From Candidatus Woesearchaeota archaeon (lineage in GTDB: Archaea; Nanobdellota; Nanobdellia; Woesearchaeales; JABGXB01), in assembly GCA_018675975.1 (NCBI GenBank), contig JABGXB010000003.1, positions 128,181 to 192,180 on the forward strand: a stretch of DNA of 64,000 nt. Direction: 5' to 3'. Below, in pieces: positions 1 to 10,180 of this stretch. Numbering within the stretch: position 1 is the first letter of the stretch; each line of letters begins with the position of its first letter. The notes beneath the pieces were generated by a model. The model had not been told where the DNA came from. It saw nothing but the letters and a program-made list of their open reading frames with translations, and did not search any database. Position numbers and translations under genes: made by a program.

Positions 1-997
1 TATCATGAATTTTTTTATCATCAGGTCTATCTATTCTCGCTACAATTTCCATTTCCATAAGCATTTGATCTATAAATGATAAAATTTCAGGGTCTGATAA
101 TCTTTGAGTTTTAGAACCTAATCGTCTTTCAACTTTTAAATATGGTAATAACCAATCAATATTTAATTTTAATACATTATAATGACGTCTTAAATCTTGA
201 ATTAAGAATTTTTTTCTTTGCATTAATTCATGATATGAATTATCTAACCAATTATAATAAGCAGAAACTTTTTCTGCAAGTGCATTTAATAAAAGTACTG
301 AGTATTGTGGATTTTTTTTTTTAAATCCAAAGCTTTCTAAAAATTTTTTAACAGACATATGTGGAGGTTTATGATTATTCATAAAAAGAGTTGGAAGAGT
401 TGTAAATTGTATTTGCTGAGCCATTCCAAAAATACTTTGAGGTGATTGAACTCCACCTAAAACAAATGAATTCCATATATTTTTTAAATTTAAATCAGCT
501 GTTTCCCAATTTTCATCTAATTTAAAATAACTATCATAAAATGCCAATCGTTCTTCAATTACTCTTATATTTCTCAAAATTGGAAACATCTCTCTAGACA
601 TTCTACCAATTCCTGTTAATAAATTTGTAATACGGTCTTGAAATATTCCTTGTTTCTGACCCAATTGATTACCAACTTGACTAATTTCTGATCCAGTATA
701 AGTATCTAAAGTTTTTTTAATATCTTTAATACCAAAATCATCTCTATATATTCCTAACATAATATAATAAATATGTTCAATTGACTGAGAAAATTTAATC
801 CATGTTACTGGATATTTTTTAATTGGTTTTCCTAAAAAATCTTCAATTTCAGATGATTTTAAAGAACCCAAAAATTTTTTGATTCTTGAATTTACTTTCA
901 AATCTTTATGTCTAACATTTTTTCTTTCAAACCTTGGGCTAGATTTAATTCTTTCTATTTCTTTACAAATATCTTTTTTTTTTAAATCGTCACCCAT
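1..997 (-). CDS. Conserved hypothetical protein, runs off the window start (3' end missing); not in the ORF track
   Basis: Open frame from ATG 997 (MGDDLKKKDICKEIER...) to base 1, about 332 codons with no stop. LRRHYNVLKLNIDWLLPYLK resembles a DPANN-conserved uncharacterised family (from memory, unverified). Confidence 0.8.
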   Translation of the reverse strand, partial: MGDDLKKKDICKEIERIKSSPRFERKNVRHKDLKVNSRIKKFLGSLKSSEIEDFLGKPIKKYPVTWIKFSQSIEHIYYIMLGIYRDDFGIKDIKKTLDTYTGSEISQVGNQLGQKQGIFQDRITNLLTGIGRMSREMFPILRNIRVIEERLAFYDSYFKLDENWETADLNLKNIWNSFVLGGVQSPQSIFGMAQQIQFTTLPTLFMNNHKPPHMSVKKFLESFGFKKKNPQYSVLLLNALAEKVSAYYNWLDNSYHELMQRKKFLIQDLRRHYNVLKLNIDWLLPYLKVERRLGSKTQRLSDPEILSFIDQMLMEMEIVARIDRPDDKKIHD

Positions 998-1011
998 TTT
1001 TTACTATATAA

Positions 1012-1392
1012 TTATTTTTTTAAAAATAATTTTAAAAAATCATTAAATTGTTGTCTTTGTTGCCAAATATTTATCATTATAGGAAATATACCTAAAGCTA
1101 AAGTCAATAATCCAATTATTGCTAAAAATTTAAATTGATTTTCATCAAAATATTTTAAGATAAATAATATAACTGATAATACTATTATTACAAAATATAA
1201 CATAACTGTTTTTGATAAAAGTGAATTTGTTCTTAATAAGTTTAAATTCATTCTTTCAATTTCATTAAGTATTAAATATTTTGAATTAGTATCATAATTA
1301 TCAATTTTAGGTTTTGAATCTAAAGCTATTTTTTTTATAGTACTCTTCTTATTATTTGTACTCACATTTTTTTTTGTTTTTTTTAATGCCAT
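1012..1392 (-). CDS. Small membrane protein (Lys-rich N-terminus, 2 TM helices)
   Basis: ORF 1012..1404; ATG at 1392 (MALKK) follows GAGGAT; two hydrophobic segments. Confidence 0.7.
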   Translation of the reverse strand: MALKKTKKNVSTNNKKSTIKKIALDSKPKIDNYDTNSKYLILNEIERMNLNLLRTNSLLSKTVMLYFVIIVLSVILFILKYFDENQFKFLAIIGLLTLALGIFPIMINIWQQRQQFNDFLKLFLKK

Positions 1393-1393
1393 T

Positions 1394-1825
1394 TTAATCC
1401 TCAAAATAAATTATTTTTTTCTTTTTTGTACACTTCAATTGACTTTTTAATACAGGAAGTATTTGTATTTTGTATATTGGTTTATTTTTCAATACTGATT
1501 TACTAAATGAATATGAAAATGATTTTATCATATCAACTTCAAGAGATTGATTAATATCAGCAAGTCCAACTCCAAACTCATCTTCATTTACGACTTGATA
1601 AGCAAAATTACCAATTGCAATACCTTCATTTTTAATAGTAATATTAAACATTATATTATCACCAACTTGTTCTTGATATTTATTTGTAATTTTAAAATCT
1701 ACAGCACTTTGACATGGATCAAACTTTTCAATGCCAGATTTTATTAAATAATTTATTAAAAACAATATTCCTATTAAAATAATTATACCTATGCTTCTAT
1801 AAATTAGCTTATTTACACCTCCCAT
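1394..1825 (-). CDS. Membrane-anchored extracellular protein, possibly pilin-like/Ig-like
   Basis: One N-terminal TM helix, a Cys pair (DPCQS...LKC) and FNITIKNEG strand; no clear class III signal peptide. Confidence 0.55.
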   Translation of the reverse strand: MGGVNKLIYRSIGIIILIGILFLINYLIKSGIEKFDPCQSAVDFKITNKYQEQVGDNIMFNITIKNEGIAIGNFAYQVVNEDEFGVGLADINQSLEVDMIKSFSYSFSKSVLKNKPIYKIQILPVLKSQLKCTKKKKIIYFED

Positions 1826-1889
1826 TTATAAATAAAAATATGATTTTAAATTTATAAGTTTATCTAGACTATTATAAACAAAATATAAA

Positions 1890-2573
1890 TTAAAATAATT
1901 TGTTTTTAAAATAATAATAAATTCCAATTAATATAATAATTGCAATCAAATAAATTGGAGTCACAAATATTTGCCATGCAATAATTTTAATCCAACCTAA
2001 ATATGGAATTCTAAAAACTGCTTTTCCATATATATTTTTTTCATTTATATTAAATTCATCAATTAAGGTATAAAATCTTGTTTGCAAAAATATAGATTTT
2101 TCATTAAAATCTCCTTTAGTTTGATAAATTGTGTTATTATTTACTATTTTTTTTTTAATAACTCTATGAATTATTGGAGTTGGGTCATTAGTTTGAAATA
2201 CAATCACATCCCCAATTTGATAATTATCTTTACCCATAATTACCATCACATCTCCTTTATTAAATCCATTAGAATAGTCATAATTTAAAAAATCATTTTT
2301 TGTGATATTAATATTTGTATAATATTCTGATTGTTTACAAAAAGTATTACTACAATCTGCTTTGCTACCCCACCAATTTTCAAATGATCCTTCATGATGC
2401 ATACTTCCAGATTGAATTGCAACTATTGGAAAATTTGAATTTAAAGACCATCCTAATAATGGATAAAAAATAAATATAATAAACAAAAGTGAAATTACAG
2501 TTGATAAAACTAAACTTGTCAAACTTTCATCATATACAATATATCTATAAAATTGTTTTAACTTTTTTAACAT
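1890..2573 (-). CDS. Signal peptidase I, archaeal Sec11/SipW type (S26B)
   Basis: SGSM catalytic Ser, IIHRV His, TKGD, GKAVFRIPYLG motifs; N- and C-terminal TM helices. Confidence 0.93.
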   Translation of the reverse strand: MLKKLKQFYRYIVYDESLTSLVLSTVISLLFIIFIFYPLLGWSLNSNFPIVAIQSGSMHHEGSFENWWGSKADCSNTFCKQSEYYTNINITKNDFLNYDYSNGFNKGDVMVIMGKDNYQIGDVIVFQTNDPTPIIHRVIKKKIVNNNTIYQTKGDFNEKSIFLQTRFYTLIDEFNINEKNIYGKAVFRIPYLGWIKIIAWQIFVTPIYLIAIIILIGIYYYFKNKLF

Positions 2574-2624
2574 AATAGAAAATTAATTAATATGTTTAAA
2601 AAAGTATCTTTAATTATTTTTTAA

Positions 2625-3311
2625 TTACTTTTTTTTAGAATTATCTAATCTATTTTTATACCATTCACCCAATATAAAACCTAAAAATCCTCTAATTAAA
2701 CAAGTAATGAATATTAATATAATAAAAAAAATACCAGGTCCTTCAAATAATGAATTTTTAGTTAATCCAAATACTAAAAATACTGAAAATATTAATATAA
2801 AATAAATTACACTATTTGACATAGAATAAATCAATCCCATTTTTTTAGGTTTTGCCATTGCCCAAAAACTTGATAATATTACTGGAAATAATGGCAAATC
2901 AAATGCTAAAAGAGCTATCCAAAAAATAGAAACCCACATATTAAATGTTTCAATAGTTGATTTAACTAATACAAATTTAAAAAATATAAATGTCAGTAAT
3001 AAATAAATTATAGTAATAAAAAAAGCATATGCAATTGATTGTAAAAAGCTAATTTTATCAAAATTTTCTACAATTCTTTTAAAAAATTTATTTGAATTAA
3101 AGTCAAAATTAAAATTATGTTTAAAAATCTTTTTTTTTGATTTATTATTTTCATTAAAATAATAATCATCAGTTGCATCTAAATTTTCATTAGATTTATC
3201 TAGAGATATATTTTCATTTGAATTAATTTTAGCATGTTTATGATTTTCAATCACTTTATCTAATTTTTCAAACAATTTTTTTTTATCTTCACCAGAAAGC
3301 TCATTTACCAT
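2625..3311 (-). CDS. Integral membrane protein (about 4 TM)
   Basis: Charged N-terminal ~85 aa followed by four hydrophobic segments. Confidence 0.75.
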   Translation of the reverse strand: MVNELSGEDKKKLFEKLDKVIENHKHAKINSNENISLDKSNENLDATDDYYFNENNKSKKKIFKHNFNFDFNSNKFFKRIVENFDKISFLQSIAYAFFITIIYLLLTFIFFKFVLVKSTIETFNMWVSIFWIALLAFDLPLFPVILSSFWAMAKPKKMGLIYSMSNSVIYFILIFSVFLVFGLTKNSLFEGPGIFFIILIFITCLIRGFLGFILGEWYKNRLDNSKKK

Positions 3312-3493
3312 ACAATAATTTAAGCAATTTCATTTAAATATTTTATTGTGACACAAATTACATTTAAAATAATACAATTAGCCCTAAATACCATATTTTT
3401 ACAATTCTCTATATATTTGAATCCATCTTTTAAATATACATAAAATTTAAAAAGAAAAATATTGTAATTAATTATATTATAAGGTGGAAATAT

Positions 3494-3763
3494 ATGTATG
3501 ACGAATTTACAGGTGAAGAAGCTTCTGAAAATGAAGATGTGCAAGAAGAATCCTCAGAAAGTACTGACGAGGATGATGAAAATAAAATAGAAAAAGCATA
3601 TCAAGATGATTATGAAACTGAAAAATCAGGCAATGACCCATTTGAATTAGAAAATGATGATATTGTAGGAGAAAAATCTGAAAAAGAAGAAGAAACCGAA
3701 GATTCTGATGAAGATAATGAAGAAGACGATTCTGAAGAAAAAAGTGAAGAAAAGTCTAAATAA
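3494..3763 (+). CDS. Extremely acidic small protein
   Basis: 89 aa dominated by D/E; GAA/GAT codon pattern; AGGTGG SD-like site upstream. Confidence 0.75.
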   Translation: MYDEFTGEEASENEDVQEESSESTDEDDENKIEKAYQDDYETEKSGNDPFELENDDIVGEKSEKEEETEDSDEDNEEDDSEEKSEEKSK

Positions 3764-3777
3764 TTGTTCTTTTTAAT

Positions 3778-4410
3778 ATGAAAGCAGTAATATTCGATAG
3801 AGATGGAGTTATTATTGATTCTGAGACTCTCCATATAGATTCTGTAATAAAAGCATTTGATACATTTAATATAAAAATAACTGAAGAAGAAAAAAAATTA
3901 ATCATTGGAAGACATCCTGAAGATTATAAAAAGTTTTTTATTAATAAAAATAATTTTCAATATGATAAATTTAGAGAAATTCAAAGAAAAGAATTTAGAG
4001 AATTATTTAAATCTGCATCTTTATTTAAAGAAACAATAACATTAATTAAAAAATTATATGAATTAAAAATTCCTTTAGCATTAACTACTTCTGCAGGCAT
4101 AAAAAGTACATTAGAAGTTGTTGAAAATGCAAATATTAAAAATATGTTTAATTTTATTATTACTTCAGAAGATTATAATCAAAGAAAACCCCATCCAGAA
4201 CCATATTTAATTACAGCAAAAAAACTAAAATTAAATCCAAAAGACTGTATTGTAATTGAAGATTCATATGTAGGTGTTGAATCAGCAAAAAATGCTGGAA
4301 TGAAATGTATTGCAATTTCTAATAAACTTACTAATCAAGATTTATCAAAAGCCGATTTAATTGTAAATTCAGCAAAAGAAATTAATATTGATTTATTAAA
4401 TCAATTATAA
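3778..4410 (+). CDS. HAD-superfamily phosphatase (beta-PGM/YqaB-like, HAD-IA)
   Basis: FDRDGVIIDSE motif I, TTSA motif II, KPHPEPY motif III, IEDS..GV.SA..AG motif IV. Confidence 0.92.
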   Translation: MKAVIFDRDGVIIDSETLHIDSVIKAFDTFNIKITEEEKKLIIGRHPEDYKKFFINKNNFQYDKFREIQRKEFRELFKSASLFKETITLIKKLYELKIPLALTTSAGIKSTLEVVENANIKNMFNFIITSEDYNQRKPHPEPYLITAKKLKLNPKDCIVIEDSYVGVESAKNAGMKCIAISNKLTNQDLSKADLIVNSAKEINIDLLNQL

Positions 4411-4451
4411 CAATAAAACAATTTATAAAATCATTTTTCTATATTTATTAT

Positions 4452-5708
4452 ATGATTATTAAAAATATAATTTTATCCAAAATACTAAATTCTAGATCAC
4501 AATGGACTATTTGTGCCAAAATTGAATGTGATAAAAATATTTTAGGTATTGCTTCAGCTCCATCGGGTGCATCAACTGGTAAACATGAAGTAAAAATGTA
4601 CAAATTAAATGATATTGATAAATCAATTTATTATTTTGAAAAAAATATTAAAAAATTTAATTGGAAATTTGATTCACTATCTGATTTAAAAAATATTGAA
4701 AAAAAAATACTCAAAAATAATAATATCAACCAAGTTGGTGGAAATTTAATTATAGCTATTGAATATGCAATCCTTGATGCATGGTCTAAATATAAAAAAA
4801 TAGATTTATTTAAATTAATTAGAAAAGATAAATTAACTAAAGAAATTTGTATTGATACTAAATTATTAATCAGGCCAATTGGAAATGTTATTGGTGGCGG
4901 TGCTCACAGTGGTGGTAATAATACTGATTTTCAAGAATTTTTAATAATTTGTCCTGATGTATCATATGAAAAATCTTTAGAAATAATAATTCAGGTTCAT
5001 AAAGAAGTTAAAAAAGAATTATTAAAAAGAGATAAATCTTTTTCAGGTTCAAAAACAGATGAAGGTGCATGGGCATCCACTCTTACTAATTATGAATGCT
5101 TAATTATATTAAATAAAGTAATTAAAAATTTATCTCAAAAATATAAAACATCTATACGTATAGGTTTAGATGTAGCTGCTAGTGAATTTTTTAAAAATGG
5201 ATTTTATAATTATGATAAATTTGAAAGTTCTCCAAAAATAAAACATAATTGCATTAAAAAAAAATTACACAGAGATGCACATATTGATTATATTTTATAT
5301 TTAGTTGAAAAATTTAATATTTATTATTTAGAAGACCCAGTTGAACAGAATGATAGTGAAGGTTTTGAAATAATGAAAAATCATTTAGCACATAAAGATA
5401 CATTAATTGTAGGTGATGATTTAATTTGTACTAATCCACAATTATTAAAAAAATATAAAGATTCAATTAATTCAATTATAGTAAAACCAAATCAAGTTGG
5501 TTCACTCCTTAAAACAATTGAAGTTTTAAAAAAATGTAAAGAGTATAATATTAAACCTGTTTTTAGTCACAGAAGTGGCGAAACTACTGATTCCATTCTT
5601 GCAGACTTAGCAGCTGGTTTTAATGTTTCCATAATTAAATGTGGAGAAACAACAGGAGAAAGAATAGTAAAATTAAATCGACTTTTAGAAATAGACAGAA
5701 TTAACTAA
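4452..5708 (+). CDS. eno: Enolase
   Basis: PSGASTG, GGAH, DFQEF, DEG, LDVAASE, EDP, VGDDL, KPNQVG, SHRSGET motifs. Confidence 0.95.
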   Translation: MIIKNIILSKILNSRSQWTICAKIECDKNILGIASAPSGASTGKHEVKMYKLNDIDKSIYYFEKNIKKFNWKFDSLSDLKNIEKKILKNNNINQVGGNLIIAIEYAILDAWSKYKKIDLFKLIRKDKLTKEICIDTKLLIRPIGNVIGGGAHSGGNNTDFQEFLIICPDVSYEKSLEIIIQVHKEVKKELLKRDKSFSGSKTDEGAWASTLTNYECLIILNKVIKNLSQKYKTSIRIGLDVAASEFFKNGFYNYDKFESSPKIKHNCIKKKLHRDAHIDYILYLVEKFNIYYLEDPVEQNDSEGFEIMKNHLAHKDTLIVGDDLICTNPQLLKKYKDSINSIIVKPNQVGSLLKTIEVLKKCKEYNIKPVFSHRSGETTDSILADLAAGFNVSIIKCGETTGERIVKLNRLLEIDRIN

Positions 5709-5764
5709 TATATATATTTTAAAAAATATAATTATTTTATAAGTCAGATTATATAACAAATTAT

Positions 5765-6490
5765 ATGACAATATCAGCGAGTACACATAATAAATATATT
5801 TTAATTTTTGATGCAGATAGCACTTTAGTAAAAATAGAAGGTATTAATGAATTAGCTAAATATTGTAAAAAGTATGACGAAGTTTATCAAATGACAGATA
5901 CTGCAATGAATGGAACTTCAACTATTCCATTTCAAGAATTATATAAAAGAAGATTAGATATAATAAAACCAACTTTAAGTCAAATAAAAGACTTAGGTCA
6001 AATATATTTAAATAATAAAGTAGCTGGTGTTGATGAATTATTTGCAAAAATAAATCAAAGAAAAATACAAAATCATATTTGCTCAGGTGGAATTTTACAA
6101 GCATTAAGTCCTCTTGCAAATAGTTTAAATACAAATTCAGTATTTGGAGTTAAATTACATTTTAATGAAGATGGAAGTTTTTCACATTTTGATCCCTCAT
6201 CCGAAACATCTCAAGACTATGGAAAAAATAAAATAGTAAAACAGTTAAAAGAAAGACATCCAAATAAAGAAGTTATTTTTATAGGAGATGGACAAAGTGA
6301 TATGGAAACTAAATTTAATCCAATAACAAAACAAATAGATAGTAATTATTCAAATTATTTTATTGCATTCACTCAAGTTGAACCTAGAGAAAAAATTATG
6401 GAACAAGCCGATTTTGTTGCAACTGATATGTTTCACTTAGAATCAATTTTAAATAGAGAGTTTGGATTAGAATTAGGAAAACGTTTCTAA
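5765..6490 (+). CDS. Phosphoserine phosphatase-like HAD-IB hydrolase (SerB-like)
   Basis: FDADSTL, EGINELA, AMNG, SGG, GDGQSD motifs. Confidence 0.85.
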   Translation: MTISASTHNKYILIFDADSTLVKIEGINELAKYCKKYDEVYQMTDTAMNGTSTIPFQELYKRRLDIIKPTLSQIKDLGQIYLNNKVAGVDELFAKINQRKIQNHICSGGILQALSPLANSLNTNSVFGVKLHFNEDGSFSHFDPSSETSQDYGKNKIVKQLKERHPNKEVIFIGDGQSDMETKFNPITKQIDSNYSNYFIAFTQVEPREKIMEQADFVATDMFHLESILNREFGLELGKRF

Positions 6491-6544
6491 TATATTTAAT
6501 ATCAATTAATTAGATTTATATATTTTATTTTTTATTTATTTCTT

Positions 6545-7342
6545 ATGAAAGAAAAAATTAAAGCATTATGTAAAGATATTGAAAAAAAATATAATATAAA
6601 AATACTTTTTGCAATTGAAAACGGAAGTAGAGCATGGAGAATGCATAGCATGGATAGTGATTATGATATTAGATTTGTTTTTATTAGACCAGTTGATAAT
6701 TATTTGAAAATTAATTCAGAAAAAGATGTAATTAATATATGTTTTGATAAAAATTTCAAAGACTGTAAACCCGAAGGAGCATTAATTGATATTAGTGGAT
6801 TTGATATTTTTAAATTTTTTAGTCTTTTACATAAATCTAATCCAACAACCATTGAATGGTTAATTTCAGATATTGTTTATCATGGAAAACAAATAAAGTC
6901 TTTAGTAGATTATGCGAAAAATAAATTCAATCAAGCCACATTATTTTATCATTATCAATCATTGTGTAAAAAAAACTATTTAGGATATTTAAAATCAAAT
7001 AAAATGCGAACACATAAAAAATATTTATACACATACAGAGGATTAATAAATGCTTTATGGGTAAAAGAAAAAAATTCAATTCCCCCAATTAAATTTGTCA
7101 AAGCAATAGACGGAGTTAAAGATTATTTACCAAAATTAATTATAAACAAATTAAAAGAGATAATTAAATTAAAATCACAAGGTAAAGAAAAAGATTTAGT
7201 CGATAAATCATTTCCACTAGATCAGTTTGCAGAGCAGTTTTTAAAAAAAGAATATAAATTTGAAAAAAAAGATTCAGAAGTATTAAAAAATAATTTAGAT
7301 TTTTTAAATAAAGAAATTCAAAAGTTATTATTTCAAAAATAG
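6545..7342 (+). CDS. Pol-beta-fold nucleotidyltransferase, YcgL/RlaP family
   Basis: ENGSRAW...SMDSDYDIRFVF, KSNPTTIEWL, KKYLY motifs. Confidence 0.85.
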   Translation: MKEKIKALCKDIEKKYNIKILFAIENGSRAWRMHSMDSDYDIRFVFIRPVDNYLKINSEKDVINICFDKNFKDCKPEGALIDISGFDIFKFFSLLHKSNPTTIEWLISDIVYHGKQIKSLVDYAKNKFNQATLFYHYQSLCKKNYLGYLKSNKMRTHKKYLYTYRGLINALWVKEKNSIPPIKFVKAIDGVKDYLPKLIINKLKEIIKLKSQGKEKDLVDKSFPLDQFAEQFLKKEYKFEKKDSEVLKNNLDFLNKEIQKLLFQK

Positions 7343-7393
7343 AAACAATTGTAGGCCCTAAGTATATATATAATGCATTATTTATTTTTTAAA

Positions 7394-8740
7394 TTATAAA
7401 GGCCATATAGTCAAAGCCTCACTCTTATCTTTTAAATTCTGTAGTACCATATATTGTCTTGATTTTTCAACATCTCCTCTATCAAGTGCAAGTCTTGCTA
7501 AACCAACTGTATTATCTTGATTTTTATAAAAAGATTCTTTAAAAGATAGAACTTCTTCAACATAACTTTGATTATCTCCAGCTAATCTAATTGCACTATC
7601 CATACACCTAAGTATCATTTCAGAATCTGCCCATACATATTCAGTTGCAAGCTCTGAAGCAGAATGATATATTTTTCTTGCTTCTTCATTAAAGTCAATT
7701 ATTTCATACATTTTAGCTAATTTAATTTCAAGATTAATAATAACAAAACGTTCCATAGTTTTTTCTTTATTTTGAATATGTTGAGCATATTTACCCACAA
7801 AATTTGAAGCTGCTCTCTCTAAATTTAATTTAGATAAATGTTTAAGAAAACCTATTTCATAAAAATTTGAAGTTTTATCAAAATCTATTTTTGATGCATG
7901 TTCAGTAAATTTATCTTGTAAAATTACAAATTTTTCTAAAATAACACCACTATGATAAAAATTAGGATTATAATGTCCATGTTCATCTTGAATTTTTCCT
8001 TTCTTTAAACAAACTCGAGCAGCATCAGTTAAAAGTTCATGAGATTTCTCTGTACTTATTTTTGATTCAACTCTTGATGCATTAATTACTTCACCAATAG
8101 AGCCATAAACTTCAAGAGATTTCATCAAATTATCTAAACCACCTAAATTTTCAAAACTTTTTGCAAAACTAGATTTATAAAGAAAAATATTATATGAACT
8201 TCCATTTCTATTAGCCTCTTCAGCATCAGATAAACCTTTTTGATTAACACCATGTAATTTTTCTAATAATATAGTTTTACGTTCATCCGAATCAGAAATA
8301 AAAGTATCAACAATATTCACACCACAAGTTAATAATTTTATATTACTACTCAAATGATCAAAATCTAGATTTAAAGTTTTTGTCAATATGGATTCAATTG
8401 AATAATCTGTAAATTTTTTAGAATTCCATTTGGTTAATTTTCGTTTTAATTTAGGAAAATCCTTACCTTCCATTAGTACGTCAATTAATTGTAATACATA
8501 TTTATCAAAATAACCAAATAAATGATTTTGTTTAGCAAAATCAGCTTCATCTTCTAATACTTTAAGTTTTAAACTTGTAAATGCATACGAAGACAAATTT
8601 ATTTTTAAAATTTCATCAACAATTTCCAATCGATTTAAATTATCTTCACCTTTAACGGCCAAACCATATACTGTTTCTAAATAATTAACAGCCGTATTCT
8701 CATTTTCAACTAAACCTAGCATTGATTTTATATCCATCAT
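7394..8740 (-). CDS. Hypothetical alpha-helical (TPR-like) protein
   Basis: Long ORF; likely start MMDIKS at 8740, about 22-30 nt below a TATA-like TATTATAAAT; TPR-like pattern near the C-terminus (LAKMYE...EEARKIY). Confidence 0.65.
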   Translation of the reverse strand: MMDIKSMLGLVENENTAVNYLETVYGLAVKGEDNLNRLEIVDEILKINLSSYAFTSLKLKVLEDEADFAKQNHLFGYFDKYVLQLIDVLMEGKDFPKLKRKLTKWNSKKFTDYSIESILTKTLNLDFDHLSSNIKLLTCGVNIVDTFISDSDERKTILLEKLHGVNQKGLSDAEEANRNGSSYNIFLYKSSFAKSFENLGGLDNLMKSLEVYGSIGEVINASRVESKISTEKSHELLTDAARVCLKKGKIQDEHGHYNPNFYHSGVILEKFVILQDKFTEHASKIDFDKTSNFYEIGFLKHLSKLNLERAASNFVGKYAQHIQNKEKTMERFVIINLEIKLAKMYEIIDFNEEARKIYHSASELATEYVWADSEMILRCMDSAIRLAGDNQSYVEEVLSFKESFYKNQDNTVGLARLALDRGDVEKSRQYMVLQNLKDKSEALTIWPL

Positions 8741-8924
8741 AATAATAATGAATAAATTTAATTTATAATAATTATGATAATCCAAAATATAATTTAATGT
8801 GAGATTTTATTTTTAATATAATATTATAATAGAGTTTTAAAAAGTAATTTATTTAATATATGTTATACTATATTTGTTCAGACTTCCAGATAACTTTTTA
8901 TAACAGCATAATTTACTTGATTAT

Positions 8925-9503
8925 ATGGAAGAAAGAATTCATAAAATACTCTCTTTTTTACAAGAGATTGAAAAATACAAAACTGTAGAAAGAAAAATGT
9001 ATTCTTCAAACTTAAAAAGAACTGAAAGTGATGCTGAACATTCATGGCACGTAGCAATGTTTTTATTTCTTTTTGAAAAAGAACTACCAAATTTAGATAT
9101 GAATAAAATGCTAAAACTTGCTTTGATGCATGATTTAGTTGAAATTTATGCAGGAGATACTTTTGCTTTTGATAAAAAAAACCAAGCCACAAAAAAAGAA
9201 CGTGAATTTGAATCATCAAAAAAACTATTTTCACAATTGCCTGAAGATTTAAATAATGAATTTACAGATTTATTTAATGAATACGAAGATGTAAAAACAT
9301 CTGAAGCCAAAATAGTAAAATCTTTTGACAAGATACAACCTATTCTTCAAAACCTTTGCTCAGAGGGTAAATCTTGGAAAGAACATGGCATAACTTTTTC
9401 AGATATAAATGACTATAAAAGAAAACATATGGAACACAATAACTTTATTTTAGAAATATATGAAAAATTATTAAATGATGCAAAAAAAAGAAAATTAATT
9501 TAA
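8925..9503 (+). CDS. HD-domain phosphohydrolase (HD_3, YfbR/HDDC2-like 5'-deoxynucleotidase)
   Basis: R...ESDAEHSW, LMHDLVEIYAGD, DKIQP motifs. Confidence 0.92.
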   Translation: MEERIHKILSFLQEIEKYKTVERKMYSSNLKRTESDAEHSWHVAMFLFLFEKELPNLDMNKMLKLALMHDLVEIYAGDTFAFDKKNQATKKEREFESSKKLFSQLPEDLNNEFTDLFNEYEDVKTSEAKIVKSFDKIQPILQNLCSEGKSWKEHGITFSDINDYKRKHMEHNNFILEIYEKLLNDAKKRKLI

Positions 9504-9584
9504 CAATTATTAATTTCAATTTAATATTTTTCATTCATATTCTAGTTGCATAAATATTTTAAATAAACTAAATAACAGAATAGT

Positions 9585-10178
9585 ATGCAAACAGGACTAA
9601 CCCCTAAACCAAAACCCTTAGACGATTACACAACTAGAAGCATTAAAGCCCTTGATAAATTTTTAGATGATGAAAAAAAATATGGAGCATTTGAAATTTC
9701 TAACCCACATGAAGTAGAAAACTTTTTACAAAGAATTCCAAAAGGTTATATGAATTTACATACTGAAGATCCAGGTAATTTTCAATTCAACGGATTTGAA
9801 AATAATGGAAGATTAATGCATATTGTAAATAGTAGTTGGGCAATTGGACAACCAGTAAAATTATTTGGTTATAGATTTAATGATACATTAGGTAATTTTT
9901 TTATATTAAATTACAAAGCAGTTGATCCAACTAATAAAAAACCATTTACACACATAGAAGAAAAAAGATCTGAAGATGAAGACGGACATGAAATAGTTAC
10001 TTATGAACCCGAATTTGCAACACCAAATCATGAAACTGATATTTTATTTTTATTAAAAAAATCTCCATTCAATCATCAACAATTTGAAAATCCTAACCAT
10101 TATAAAAATTTAATGAAAGATAAACATAATTCATTTTTATATAAATTAATAGAACAACAATCTGGTGGATTAAAGTAA
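9585..10178 (+). CDS. Hypothetical protein
   Basis: 197-aa ORF with coding-like composition and an upstream TATA; no recognisable motif. Confidence 0.65.
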   Translation: MQTGLTPKPKPLDDYTTRSIKALDKFLDDEKKYGAFEISNPHEVENFLQRIPKGYMNLHTEDPGNFQFNGFENNGRLMHIVNSSWAIGQPVKLFGYRFNDTLGNFFILNYKAVDPTNKKPFTHIEEKRSEDEDGHEIVTYEPEFATPNHETDILFLLKKSPFNHQQFENPNHYKNLMKDKHNSFLYKLIEQQSGGLK

Positions 10179-10180
10179 AA

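Noticed and set aside
4452..5708. Pseudo-enolase because of the divergent N-terminus (NSRSQWT)
   Set aside because: Catalytic and Mg-binding motifs are all present.
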